Source: Candidatus Nomurabacteria bacterium (GTDB taxonomy: Bacteria; Patescibacteriota; Minisyncoccia; Phycocordibacterales; UBA918). From it: DNA of 64,000 nt. Where the stretch lies: NCBI GenBank assembly GCA_020632075.1, contig JACKGH010000001.1:665778-729777 (forward strand), written 5' to 3'. Shown in pieces: positions 1-9,274 of the stretch (position 1 is its first letter; each line of letters opens with the position of its first letter). Both the position numbers and the translations under genes were made by a program. The notes below the pieces were generated by a model. That model did not search any database, had not been told where the DNA came from, and worked only from the letters and a program-made list of their open reading frames with translations.

Positions 1-65
1 TGCCTTTTGACTCATAACTATGTAGACATCATAGCAAAAAAGTGACCCTTTGGAGATGACGCCTG

Positions 66-659
66 TTAATCTAACAACACCTCTATTTCCTTGTCGATTC
101 CCTCTTTCTTAAACGCTGCTTTTGCGCGATGGATCCGCGCCTTGATCGTACCAGTATTTTCACCGGTGTGCTCGGCTATATCCTGATGCGACCACCGCTC
201 GAGGTAATGCAACCGCAGTACAAGTGCAAAGTGTCCTGGTAAGCGCTCTAAAATACGTTCGATCCCATCACGCTTCTCTTCAAAGCCGCTATGCTCCGCC
301 CACTCGCCGTACATCTGCTCATACTCGGGGTCGATCGCCTGGAAACGTTCGCGTTCTTTCACCAGTTTCTGGTAGCGGGTAAAGGCGGTATTAAGGAGAA
401 TTCGGTACGCCCAAGATGAGAACTTGGCCCCAGACTGTGGCTCGTATTTGTCGGCATTGATGTAGATCTTGGTAAAGGCGTCCTGTACTACCTCTTCTGC
501 ATCACGTGGATCGCGCACTACCCCGCGCACTTTGCGGGTAAAAGGCTCTTGGTAGCGATCAACGATGATCTCAAACAGCCACGGTGAAGATTGTGACTTG
601 GCAAGCACCAACTCATCCTCCCATTCCCGCGCGTCTTCCGTTGAGCTAAATCCTAACAT
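66..659 (-). CDS. RNA polymerase sigma factor, ECF (sigma-70 regions 2 and 4)
   Basis: Region 2 motif DAEEVVQDAFTKIY and C-terminal HTH (DIAEHTGENTGTIKARIHRAK); about 197 aa, typical for ECF sigma factors. Confidence 0.8.
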   Translation of the reverse strand: MLGFSSTEDAREWEDELVLAKSQSSPWLFEIIVDRYQEPFTRKVRGVVRDPRDAEEVVQDAFTKIYINADKYEPQSGAKFSSWAYRILLNTAFTRYQKLVKERERFQAIDPEYEQMYGEWAEHSGFEEKRDGIERILERLPGHFALVLRLHYLERWSHQDIAEHTGENTGTIKARIHRAKAAFKKEGIDKEIEVLLD

Positions 660-762
660 GTCTGCATACTACCACCTCCGCCATATCTGACATCTTCCCT
701 TTTTAATTAGATTTGATATAAATATGGCGTTAATCATAACCGGAGCATAGAGCAACAATCAC

Positions 763-867
763 TGCAGCTCGCTGCCGCCAGATTGAGGACTGGGTCAAAT
801 TCCTCAATCTGGCGAAGCGCCTGCATAAATTCGTAATAGTCGCGCTTTGCGCTCCTTTACTCATTCA
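763..867 (+). promoter_or_regulatory. Structured efp 5' leader element, copy A: 12-bp perfect hairpin (ccagattgagga/tcctcaatctgg) plus a second small hairpin
   Basis: Roughly 90% identical to 24396-24503; the differences inside stems are compensatory; it immediately precedes the efp ATG. Confidence 0.5.
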
Positions 868-1443
868 ATGGCAGTCCTATCCTACAACGAGATCACCCTG
901 AAGAAAGTTATCCTCCACGACGATGAGCCGTATTTGGTGATCGCGACGCACGTATTCCGCAAGCAACAGCGCAAGCCAGTGAACATCACCAAGCTGAAGA
1001 ATCTTAAGTCTGGCCGCGTGGTTGAGGTAACCTTCCACCAAAATGAAACTGTGAACGAGGCTGACCTCGAAACCCGCTCGGTAACCTTCATCTACAAAAA
1101 GCCAGACGAATACTGGTTCCACACTGCAGGCAAGCCAGCTGAGCGCTTTATGCTAAGCGAAGACCTGATCGGAGATCAAGGACGATTTCTGAAGGAACGT
1201 TCAGATATCGATGCACTCCTCTTCAATGACGAAGTCATCAGCCTCAAGTTCCCGATCAAGGTAGAGCTGAAGGTAAAAGAAGCGATGCCAGCTGTTAAAG
1301 GCAACACCTCAAGTGGCGCCCAAAAAGAAGTCACTCTCGAGACAGGCGCAACGATCATGGTACCGATGTTCATCAACGAAGGCGACGTGATCAGTATCAA
1401 TACTGAAACGGGAGAATACTCGGCGCGCGTTGATAAGGCGTAG
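868..1443 (+). CDS. efp: Elongation factor P
   Basis: MAVLSYNE...KLKNLKSG...GEYSARV matches EF-P along its full length; the loop reads RKQQRKP instead of KPGKG. Confidence 0.9.
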   Translation: MAVLSYNEITLKKVILHDDEPYLVIATHVFRKQQRKPVNITKLKNLKSGRVVEVTFHQNETVNEADLETRSVTFIYKKPDEYWFHTAGKPAERFMLSEDLIGDQGRFLKERSDIDALLFNDEVISLKFPIKVELKVKEAMPAVKGNTSSGAQKEVTLETGATIMVPMFINEGDVISINTETGEYSARVDKA

Positions 1444-1454
1444 TTGCATGATGT

Positions 1455-1485
1455 AAAAGGCCGGCCCCTTCGGGGCCGGCCTTTT
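1455..1485. terminator. Bidirectional intrinsic terminator between efp and rpsR
   Basis: aaaaGGCCGGCCCCttcgGGGGCCGGCCtttt, a perfect GC stem flanked by A- and T-tracts. Confidence 0.7.
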
Positions 1486-1500
1486 ACATTTTATTCGAGC

Positions 1501-1701
1501 CTATCGCTGAATATATGGCATAAGAGCCATGAAGCGAGCACGCTTGATCGCACGAGCGAAATTGCGCTGTCCCTTCGCGGTCATACCAGTACGACGGCGA
1601 TTGAACATACGAGCGTGCGGGTTCACATTGCTCTTGAGACGCAACACGTCTTTGTAGTCAACGTGGTGTGCTGGTTGGTTTTTAGTTTCTGTAGTTTCCA
1701 T
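1501..1701 (-). CDS. rpsR: 30S ribosomal protein S18
   Basis: RRRTGMTAKGQRNFARAIKRARFMALMPY signature; part of rpsF-ssb-rpsR synteny. Confidence 0.9.
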   Translation of the reverse strand: METTETKNQPAHHVDYKDVLRLKSNVNPHARMFNRRRTGMTAKGQRNFARAIKRARFMALMPYIQR

Positions 1702-1857
1702 GTTTTATTTGTGAGTTTGTCACAAAGCAAATTTGATTTTAGACCTGGAAATTGCTGGCTGGCGAGGCATCGCGAGAAAATGACACGAGTGGGACACACG
1801 AAGTCCAGCAAGTGTTATTTTACGAAGCGATAACGAAGCCAGCCGGTAATTTACTGT

Positions 1858-2298
1858 CTAAAATGGGATGTCCTCTGGATTGATCTCTTCTTCAGGGTAA
1901 TCCGGTACCGCTGGCGCCTTATCATCTGCTGCGCCAGAACTCTGGCTGCCAGCAGATGGAGCACCTGCCCCACCCCCCTTCGGACCAAACTGTACTCGGT
2001 CGGCGATCACCTCAGTGCGGTACTGCTTCTGACCATCCTTGTCCCAACTGCGAGTCTGCATGCGACCTTCAACATATGCGCCATTACCCTTTGAGAGGTA
2101 CTTTGCGCAGTTTTCAGCCTGCTTTCCAAACACCACAATATTGTGATAGTCAGCCTGCTCTTGCTTCTTTCCATCACGGTCAGTGTAGACACGGTTGGTA
2201 GCAAGCGAGAATGAACAGACATTCATACCGCTTGGAAGAGCTTTCAGTTCTGGATCTCGAGTGAGATTCCCGTAGACCATTGCTTTGTTAAGATACAT
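1858..2298 (-). CDS. ssb: Single-stranded DNA-binding protein
   Basis: OB-fold N-terminus, Gly/Ser-rich linker and acidic C-terminal tail ending DIPF. Confidence 0.9.
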   Translation of the reverse strand: MYLNKAMVYGNLTRDPELKALPSGMNVCSFSLATNRVYTDRDGKKQEQADYHNIVVFGKQAENCAKYLSKGNGAYVEGRMQTRSWDKDGQKQYRTEVIADRVQFGPKGGGAGAPSAGSQSSGAADDKAPAVPDYPEEEINPEDIPF

Positions 2299-2362
2299 AA
2301 TTTCGAATCAGTTATGGGTATTAAGTGAAGCTATTATAGCGTGCACTTCCCCAAAGGTCTAA

Positions 2363-2887
2363 CTAGCTAGCCTTTTCCTCTGATTCTTCTCCTTCTTCAG
2401 TAGTTTCTTCCTCTGAAGCTTCGTCAGACTCATCTTCGGCAGCTTCTTCTGTCTTATCTGCCTCAGCAGCATCAACATCAATGGTCTCAACCTTCTTGTT
2501 CGCTGTTGCCATCGCTTCGTGGTAGAAAAATGGATTTTCTTCCTCAACGTGCGTGAGCTTTACGAGCAAGTGTCGAAGAAGTTCCTTAGTGTGCTCAAGC
2601 ACTTCAGAGATCTCTTCGATCGCTGTTGCTGGAGCTTCAAATCGGACCCATCCAAAGTACGCACTGGTGAACTTTCGATTTCGTCCCTCAAGGTACTTAA
2701 CCAGCTCGTACGCCAGATCGATCCGCGCTGGAGCTTCTTCAACTGTGATGGTGCCACCATGCTTTGTAATTGCGTCTTTCAATGATTGAAAAACAGTAGC
2801 TACTTCCCCTTCAGCAACCGTTGGAAGTACGTGGAAGGCTAACTCGTATGAGTTCGCCTCGGCTGCTGGCATTTCTGTCTTAGACAT
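2363..2887 (-). CDS. rpsF: 30S ribosomal protein S6 with acidic C-terminal tail
   Basis: S6 fold motifs (YELAFHVLP...RIDLAYELVKY); sits upstream of ssb-rpsR. Confidence 0.9.
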   Translation of the reverse strand: MSKTEMPAAEANSYELAFHVLPTVAEGEVATVFQSLKDAITKHGGTITVEEAPARIDLAYELVKYLEGRNRKFTSAYFGWVRFEAPATAIEEISEVLEHTKELLRHLLVKLTHVEEENPFFYHEAMATANKKVETIDVDAAEADKTEEAAEDESDEASEEETTEEGEESEEKAS

Positions 2888-2973
2888 TTATATATATGCC
2901 TTAACTGATAACGGCAGCACTGTACCACAGGCTTAGGTGGCAAACAAGGGGGCGGAGCCGGCCTTGTTAAATT

Positions 2974-3921
2974 ATGCTAAAATACTCCAACATGAAACTT
3001 TCGCACGACGCAGTACTGTACCTCACTGGAGCAATTGCTGTGATCGGTATCATCACCGCAACGTACTTTGGCATGCAAAGCAAGGACCGAGCGGTACAAA
3101 TTGAAAATCTCCTCCAAGAACGTAATGCTCTCCTGCAAAAAAACAACCAGAAAGATTCTGAGCTAGCGGCAGCAAGCAGTACGATCGCTGAACTACATGG
3201 CGAACTAGAAGACTTCAAGGAAGAGCTGGAGGAACTCGCCGATGACTACCGCGATGAACGAAACCGCAATGAAGAATTTGAAGACCAGATCCGTGATCTC
3301 GCCGGTACTCTTGGTGATCTCGACAAACTTGCTAAAACCGATGAAGAACTCCTGGCAAAATATTCAAAGGTGTATTTTCTGAATGAAAACTACATTCCGG
3401 CCAAACTAGAGCAAATCCCAGATAAGTACATTCTGTCTGGCAAGAAGGACCAGTACTTCCATGCTGATGCATACGACCACTTAGAGGATCTATTGAAGGC
3501 GGCCGCAAAAGACGATGTCGATCTAAAAGTAGTGTCTGCCTATCGCTCATTTGACGAACAAACTGATCTGAAAGGACAGTACACACAAGTATACGGCACT
3601 GGCGCAAACGCGTTCTCGGCTGACCAAGGCTATTCAGAACACCAGCTCGGCACCACCGTAGATCTTACTGTTGATTCTGTCGGTGGAGCCTATACCAGCT
3701 TCAAGGATACCGAAGCATACCAGTGGTTGCTTGATAATGCATACAAATACGGTTTCATCCTCTCCTACCCTGAAGATAACGACTTTTACATCTTTGAACC
3801 ATGGCACTGGCGTTTCGTAGGCACTGAACTTGCTCGCGATCTCCACCGTAGCAGTAGCAAGACGTTCTACACCATGGACCAGCGCGAGATAAACGATTAT
3901 CTCCTCAATTTCTTTGACTAG
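2974..3921 (+). CDS. D-alanyl-D-alanine carboxypeptidase, peptidase M15B (VanY-like), with N-terminal TM segment and coiled coil
   Basis: SAYRSFDEQ...GYSEHQLGTTVDL...EPWHWRF matches the zinc D,D-peptidase motifs. Confidence 0.75.
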   Translation: MLKYSNMKLSHDAVLYLTGAIAVIGIITATYFGMQSKDRAVQIENLLQERNALLQKNNQKDSELAAASSTIAELHGELEDFKEELEELADDYRDERNRNEEFEDQIRDLAGTLGDLDKLAKTDEELLAKYSKVYFLNENYIPAKLEQIPDKYILSGKKDQYFHADAYDHLEDLLKAAAKDDVDLKVVSAYRSFDEQTDLKGQYTQVYGTGANAFSADQGYSEHQLGTTVDLTVDSVGGAYTSFKDTEAYQWLLDNAYKYGFILSYPEDNDFYIFEPWHWRFVGTELARDLHRSSSKTFYTMDQREINDYLLNFFD

Positions 3922-3992
3922 AGACTGGACAAGTTAGATAAATTATTGTAATTTCCTATCTGGAAAAACAACGACACAACGAGGCAAAATAG

Positions 3993-4811
3993 ATGTCGAT
4001 TACAACCGTGCCGAAGCTCTTTGACGTTGTCAACATCGTCGCTCAGACAACAGACCTGATCCGAGACAACTTCCGCAACCATAACCACTCGCCCCACCAG
4101 CTACGCTGCATGATCGATGCTGCATTACAAGACTGGGCAACCAATCAAGACCTGGGGTACATAAGCAGTCAAAGTAGTTCATACTCAGGGCAAGACTACG
4201 TCCTTTGCACCGAACCACTAGAGAGTGCTGATAAGTATGTGTACGGCTTCGCTGAAGCGACTACCATCGCCTGTATCATGGAGCGCGCAGGTGATAAGTG
4301 GTTACCACAAGTAGCTGTGATACACGATGCGCTGCACCAATGGACCTGGGCAACAAGTACAGCAACGCTACCACGCACCAACATTTGGCATAAAGGGTAT
4401 CACCCTTCTTCATTTGCCCCGCATCAGGTGCAAGCACCCTACCGCGTGCAGCTGTCGGAAGACCCCTTCTCCCTCTTTGATCTACACGGACTTGAACAGT
4501 CACTGCGATCAAACGGCGACCTGGTCACAATGTCAGACAACACACCAGGGTTGGTCGGTGGACTTATCCGACTAGGAACAGTGCACGGCAACGTGTATAC
4601 AGGCGACAATGCGTGTATTCCTGCCGCTTCAGGACTCATCTTGCGAGACACTTCAGCAGTCATCACTGATCTGGATGGTCAACCGATAGACGGGTTCGAA
4701 CTATGTCTTGATGGTAACTCTGCAAGCTTGCTCGTGCGCAATGGCATGATCATCGCTGCAAACCATCAGGTGAGCACTGCCATCCAACAGACGATTGCGG
4801 GCCAATTCTGA
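3993..4811 (+). CDS. IMPase/FBPase-superfamily protein, degenerate paralog (metal-binding motifs eroded)
   Basis: Aligns to the downstream paralog, but DPLDG has become EPLESADK and the EE metal site is absent. Confidence 0.55.
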   Translation: MSITTVPKLFDVVNIVAQTTDLIRDNFRNHNHSPHQLRCMIDAALQDWATNQDLGYISSQSSSYSGQDYVLCTEPLESADKYVYGFAEATTIACIMERAGDKWLPQVAVIHDALHQWTWATSTATLPRTNIWHKGYHPSSFAPHQVQAPYRVQLSEDPFSLFDLHGLEQSLRSNGDLVTMSDNTPGLVGGLIRLGTVHGNVYTGDNACIPAASGLILRDTSAVITDLDGQPIDGFELCLDGNSASLLVRNGMIIAANHQVSTAIQQTIAGQF

Positions 4812-4822
4812 AAACAACATTC

Positions 4823-4856
4823 CTCGTCCAGTGAAAGCTGGACGAGTTTTTGTTTC
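4823..4856 (+). terminator. Intrinsic terminator
   Basis: ctcgtccag-tgaaa-ctggacgag followed by ttttt. Confidence 0.7.
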
Positions 4857-4860
4857 TGTA

Positions 4861-4889
4861 TTGACGCAAAATGAAATTACTTGTACTAT
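4861..4889 (+). promoter_or_regulatory. Sigma-70-like promoter for the second IMPase-like gene
   Basis: TTGACG, a 17-nt spacer, then TACTAT; the start codon with an AGGAG RBS lies about 45 nt downstream. Confidence 0.5.
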
Positions 4890-4932
4890 CCAAATCAGCT
4901 TTGTAACTTTCATTTCAACCAGGAGCGCAGCA

Positions 4933-5781
4933 ATGCAACTACCTACACGGAACGATATGATCGACGTGGTCGTCGGAGTGATGAGTGTACCGAAAGACCA
5001 TTTTCGCTCCCTCATTCTGGTCGACACGAAAGAAGACGGCACGACCGTAAGTACAGTCGACAAACAGATCAATGACCGACTGCTGGAATGGAGTCGCCGG
5101 TACCAAGATGTCGGTTTTATCGGCGAAGAAGGCAACGACTACCACGGCGAGGATTATATCCTCTGTGCCGATCCGCTTGACGGCAGTGACGCCTTCGCCG
5201 GCGGCAACGGCAATGTCGGTATTGCTCTGACTCGTCTATGTCGCATTGCACACAATCTGTGGCTACCCGAAATCACCGTGGTCGCAGACCCGCTCCACAA
5301 CATGGTATGGACAGCCAGTCAAGACGAGCAGACCGTGGTGGCACGACTAGATCGTGGTCAGATGACAAGACAACAATGTCAAACCACTGATCGCTCGCCA
5401 CGTCGCGTAACGATCTCAACCTGGCCTGGTGTCCCCTTCCATCTCGATGAAGTCCAGCGCGAAGTCATGCGCCGACGTGAACAGTACTTCCAACAGGAAT
5501 TTGGCTGCATCTTGATCCCGAGCGCACTCGTAGCCTCTTGCCTGTGGCAAGCCACTGTTTTTGCCGGTAGTGGTGCGACCGAGTCGATCGCAACTTCCCT
5601 CCTTGTACAGCAAGCCGGAGGAGTGGCAGTAGACTGCTATGGTCAACCACTGATCCACTTCAAACTGGGTGAACGCTATGGCAAGGTCGATTTCATTCTG
5701 GAAGACGGCGCCATCATGGCCGCAAATCAATCGATCGCCGATGACCTGGTGAGGCTCATTCACTCCAAACAAGCTGCGTAG
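4933..5781 (+). CDS. Inositol monophosphatase-family protein (divergent; WD motif replaced)
   Basis: IGEEG...DYILCADPLDGSDAF matches IMPase motif A; the C-terminal region is collinear with IMPases. Confidence 0.6.
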   Translation: MQLPTRNDMIDVVVGVMSVPKDHFRSLILVDTKEDGTTVSTVDKQINDRLLEWSRRYQDVGFIGEEGNDYHGEDYILCADPLDGSDAFAGGNGNVGIALTRLCRIAHNLWLPEITVVADPLHNMVWTASQDEQTVVARLDRGQMTRQQCQTTDRSPRRVTISTWPGVPFHLDEVQREVMRRREQYFQQEFGCILIPSALVASCLWQATVFAGSGATESIATSLLVQQAGGVAVDCYGQPLIHFKLGERYGKVDFILEDGAIMAANQSIADDLVRLIHSKQAA

Positions 5782-5794
5782 CAGCAAAAACCAT

Positions 5795-5833
5795 GGCCCG
5801 TCCAGCATGCTGGACGGGCCTCTTTCTTTTTTG
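5795..5833 (+). terminator. Intrinsic terminator
   Basis: ggcccgtccagc-atg-ctggacgggcc plus tctttctttttt; its stem core is shared with the 4823 terminator. Confidence 0.75.
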
Positions 5834-5849
5834 GTATTCTATAGCACAC

Positions 5850-6824
5850 ATGAACATTTCCATTGCGCTACACGAAGGCTTAGTCGACGGCATTCCAGAA
5901 AAACCAGAACGATTTGTAGAGACCGTTATGTCTGACGTATTCATCTACCCCACCGTAGTGCGCAAGGTGTACAAAGATAACCGCAAAGGCTTCTTCACTG
6001 ACCTACGCGACCTTGAAGTCCGTCGCCAGTACTACGCCGAAGACTTCGCCTGGAACCAAGGTGCTTCGAAAGATATTCACCTTGGACTGCGCGGTGTCCA
6101 ACAGACAGAAGCCGGCGCCTACGAGATCATCGCGGCCGAACTGGCGGACGAATGGTTTATTGAAATGAAACGAGTCCGTGACGACGACACTCTCTTCCGT
6201 CGTCTCAATGAAGGCACTACTACTCGTGAAGATGTCGCTGCTCTCGCTAAAGCACAGACTGAAGCCCTCGATGCTCTAACCGAAGAATACCTCCACACGT
6301 TTGAAGACCTGCTCGCCCGCGGCCTACGCGACCTCTGGCACGCTCGGCTTGATGGTGACTTGCGTATGTTTGGCAAAAACTTCAGTGATCAGATCGCGCC
6401 GGAGCTAACTGACCATCGAGTTGATACGCTCCTCAACTTTTTCCATACTCACGACTACTTCACCAATATGGACCCCGACATGGCATCGGTTGCGATTGAT
6501 AACCACGCCGGAAACGTAGTCTTCCACGAAGAACGTCCGCAATTTATTGATATCCACCTCGCCAAGCGCGACTGGCGCGTGATCGACCGCAACAACAACA
6601 TCGCTCGCATCGCCACTTGTGTGCGCGTCCTCGGTAACAATGAGCTAGCTGACGCCATGTATGAAGCCTACCAAGACCATCATGAGCTAGCACCAGCTGA
6701 AGTAACTGCCTTCCAGGAAGCCTACAATGCGTTCATCAAGGGTTACTACTACACCTATTTGAAACAGCCTGACATTGCAAAGAAATATTTTACGTTTGCA
6801 GATGCGACTTTGGCTGAGCTGTAG
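5850..6824 (+). CDS. Putative phosphotransferase (APH/kinase-like fold)
   Basis: IDNHAGNVVF...FIDIHLAKRDW resembles the HGD-x-NxxN catalytic loop / DFE of APH-like kinases; weak support. Confidence 0.4.
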   Translation: MNISIALHEGLVDGIPEKPERFVETVMSDVFIYPTVVRKVYKDNRKGFFTDLRDLEVRRQYYAEDFAWNQGASKDIHLGLRGVQQTEAGAYEIIAAELADEWFIEMKRVRDDDTLFRRLNEGTTTREDVAALAKAQTEALDALTEEYLHTFEDLLARGLRDLWHARLDGDLRMFGKNFSDQIAPELTDHRVDTLLNFFHTHDYFTNMDPDMASVAIDNHAGNVVFHEERPQFIDIHLAKRDWRVIDRNNNIARIATCVRVLGNNELADAMYEAYQDHHELAPAEVTAFQEAYNAFIKGYYYTYLKQPDIAKKYFTFADATLAEL

Positions 6825-6828
6825 AAAC

Positions 6829-6860
6829 ACAAGGCCGGCCTTCGGGGCCGGCCTTTTGTT
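6829..6860. terminator. Bidirectional terminator (GGCCGGCC hairpin family)
   Basis: aaggccggccttcggggccggcctttt. Confidence 0.7.
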
Positions 6861-6956
6861 TTCTAACTTGTATTGTCTTCGTGCGTTCTCCATTAGCTGC
6901 GCCCGGACTTTTCTGCATCTTCTCCTCGTATCTCAGCGATTTTTTATACACCTCTT

Positions 6957-7715
6957 TCACCATCCACGGCTCGGCGCGCTTGCCGCGGTGTGGCACAGGG
7001 CGACATACGGACAGTCGGTTTCACCGTGGATGAGTTCTAGCGGCGCGTTTTTGATGACCTCGGCGTAGCTGTCGGTCTTCGGAAACGTGATCACCCCAGT
7101 AAACGAAATCGTCCCGCCGAGGTCGAAAAAACGCGCCGCCTCCTCATACGTCCCCGCATAAAAATGCACGTTAAACGGCACCTTCGCGTATTGTTTCAAA
7201 ACATCGTGCACATCTGCGTACACACTACGTCCGGTCGGACTTTCCTTCCCTGGCTGCGGCCCACGAGTATGGATCATCAGCGGTAAGCCAAGCTCATTGG
7301 CAAGCTCGATCTGCGCGATAAACGCTCGCTCTTGCGTTTCGTAACTCCCCTCTGGCGTATGCCAATAGTCAAAACCACACTCACCAACGCCGACCACTTT
7401 GGTACTCTTGGCAAGCTCACGATACAGATCACTATCGAATTCCTCCCCCTTACTCTTGAACGGTTCACCACCCTCACCGATCTCATCTTCATCGTGCATA
7501 CCCGGCACGGTCTGGATCGGATGGAGGCCAATAATTGCGTAGCAATTATTGGCCTCGCTTGCCAACTCCACCGCTCGCTTGCTCGTACTCGCCTTTGTTC
7601 CGACATTGATCACTGCCACATCCTCCTCAGCACATTTCTTCGCCATTTCCAAAGCATCCTCAGCAAAAGCAGAGAGATTAAGGTGTGCATGTGTATCAAT
7701 GTATTTGAAAGACAT
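6957..7715 (-). CDS. tatD: TatD-family metal-dependent DNase/hydrolase
   Basis: IDTHAHL at the N-terminus and GECGFDYW motif; 252 aa. Confidence 0.85.
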   Translation of the reverse strand: MSFKYIDTHAHLNLSAFAEDALEMAKKCAEEDVAVINVGTKASTSKRAVELASEANNCYAIIGLHPIQTVPGMHDEDEIGEGGEPFKSKGEEFDSDLYRELAKSTKVVGVGECGFDYWHTPEGSYETQERAFIAQIELANELGLPLMIHTRGPQPGKESPTGRSVYADVHDVLKQYAKVPFNVHFYAGTYEEAARFFDLGGTISFTGVITFPKTDSYAEVIKNAPLELIHGETDCPYVALCHTAASAPSRGW

Positions 7716-7717
7716 AG

Positions 7718-9205
7718 TTATGATTCAAGTCGTGCAAAGAGATTCTCCGGTTTCTTGTTTGTAAGCACTGCTTCTCTAATAACTCTTGAGGTTTCCGGCA
7801 TGTACGGCTCCAGTTCTACTGCTTTATACCAAAGTTGAATTACCAAGAATTTAATGATTTCTTTTGCGCTCTCAATTTCCTCACCAAGTTCTGATTTAAT
7901 TCTCTTATACGGCTCAGTGACTTGGATCTTTTCGTCAACCGTTTTAATACTCAGACTCATGTACCACTCAATCTGATCATTTCCTGACCAGATGTAATCC
8001 AAGGTTTTTTGAAAATCAAAATTTTTCAATTCTGACAACCCCACTCCTTGATCGTCCAAGAAACTCACGTTTGGCACCTCAACCGGTGCATCGAGGTGCG
8101 TCTCTGCCATTTTCATAATCCGCGCTGTGAGATTACCCAGGCCGTTCACGAGGTTCGCGGTGTACCACTCATCGAGTCGGTCCCAGGTGATGTCGGTGTC
8201 TTCAAATGGATGAACGTGGCGGAGGAGCAAGTAGCGGGTCGCCTCAGTACCATACCGAGCCGTCAGCTCGTACGGACTGATCACATTGCCAAGCGATTTA
8301 CTCATCTTCTGACCACCACTATTGATGAAGCCACCAATGAAGATCTGAGTTGAGGTTGGGAGTTCTGCTGAGAGGAGCATCGCCTGCCAGATAGCGCTCT
8401 GCTGACGAAGATTGTCCTTCCCCGCAAATTGCACCCCTGGCCACCAACCACCGAAGTCGGCTTTTTCTGGCCAGCCAGTCACTGAGATATAGTTGGTGAG
8501 GGCATCGAACCACACGTACATTACATGCTCTTCATCGTCTGGCACTGGTACACCCCAGGCCATCTTGGTCTTGAGGCGCGACACACTGAAGTCTTGCAGG
8601 CCGCCTTCCACAAACTTCTTAATCTCCGCCAAGCGAAAATCTGGCACCACAAAGTCTGCCTGTTCATAGAGGTCAAGGAGTGCCTGCTGATACTTCGAGA
8701 AGCGGAAGAAATAGTTCTCTTCCTCACGCACTTCGATCTCATCATTTGGATGGAGCGGACACTTGCCATGGTCAAGCTCGGAATCAGTCTTCTCAAGCTC
8801 ACACCCCTTGCAGTACTTCACTGCATGGGTCGCCTTGTAGATATCACCCTTCTCCTTGCAACGACGCCACATCTCTTGTGCTGCATGCTTATGATGCTCG
8901 TCAGTCGTGCGCACGAAGTTTGCTTCAGGCAAAATACCAAGCTCAGGCAAAAGCTTCTTGAATTCTTCCGCCAACTCATCGACAAACGACTGCGTATCCT
9001 TCCCAGCTTCCTGCGCTTTGTCGTAGATCTTTTGGCCGTGCTCGTCGGTACCTGTATTTAAAAACACCGGATGCCCCATCAACTTAAAGTACCGGGCGTA
9101 CGCATCGGCGCGCACCAGCTCAGTCGCAAACCCAATATGCGGACTTGAGTTCACATATGGAAGTGTCGTGGTGATGTACTTTGGTGTTTTGTCTGACATA
9201 GTCAA
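7718..9205 (-). CDS. metG: Methionyl-tRNA synthetase
   Basis: Class I HIGH-like region (PYVNSSPHIGF) and KMSKS. Confidence 0.9.
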   Translation of the reverse strand: MTMSDKTPKYITTTLPYVNSSPHIGFATELVRADAYARYFKLMGHPVFLNTGTDEHGQKIYDKAQEAGKDTQSFVDELAEEFKKLLPELGILPEANFVRTTDEHHKHAAQEMWRRCKEKGDIYKATHAVKYCKGCELEKTDSELDHGKCPLHPNDEIEVREEENYFFRFSKYQQALLDLYEQADFVVPDFRLAEIKKFVEGGLQDFSVSRLKTKMAWGVPVPDDEEHVMYVWFDALTNYISVTGWPEKADFGGWWPGVQFAGKDNLRQQSAIWQAMLLSAELPTSTQIFIGGFINSGGQKMSKSLGNVISPYELTARYGTEATRYLLLRHVHPFEDTDITWDRLDEWYTANLVNGLGNLTARIMKMAETHLDAPVEVPNVSFLDDQGVGLSELKNFDFQKTLDYIWSGNDQIEWYMSLSIKTVDEKIQVTEPYKRIKSELGEEIESAKEIIKFLVIQLWYKAVELEPYMPETSRVIREAVLTNKKPENLFARLES

Positions 9206-9238
9206 AATACTCTAGCACAATCGGAGTGAAATGGAACA

Positions 9239-9270
9239 GAAAGGCCGGCCCCTTCGGGGCCGGCCTTTTG
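9239..9270. terminator. Bidirectional terminator, identical core to the 1455 hairpin
   Basis: aaaggccggccccttcggggccggcctttt. Confidence 0.7.
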
Positions 9271-9274
9271 TCTT

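Noticed and set aside
781-815. 12-bp inverted repeat in the efp leader as a dimeric transcription-factor operator
   Set aside because: The two genomic copies differ by compensatory substitutions that preserve pairing rather than half-site sequence. This points to an RNA/DNA structure, not base-specific protein recognition.
868-1000. EF-P lacking the conserved KPGKG loop lysine (reads RKQQRKP) as evidence of an unusual modification system
   Set aside because: It cannot be evaluated without an alignment of related EF-P sequences, and no epmA/epmB/earP/dhs genes are in the window. Noted only.
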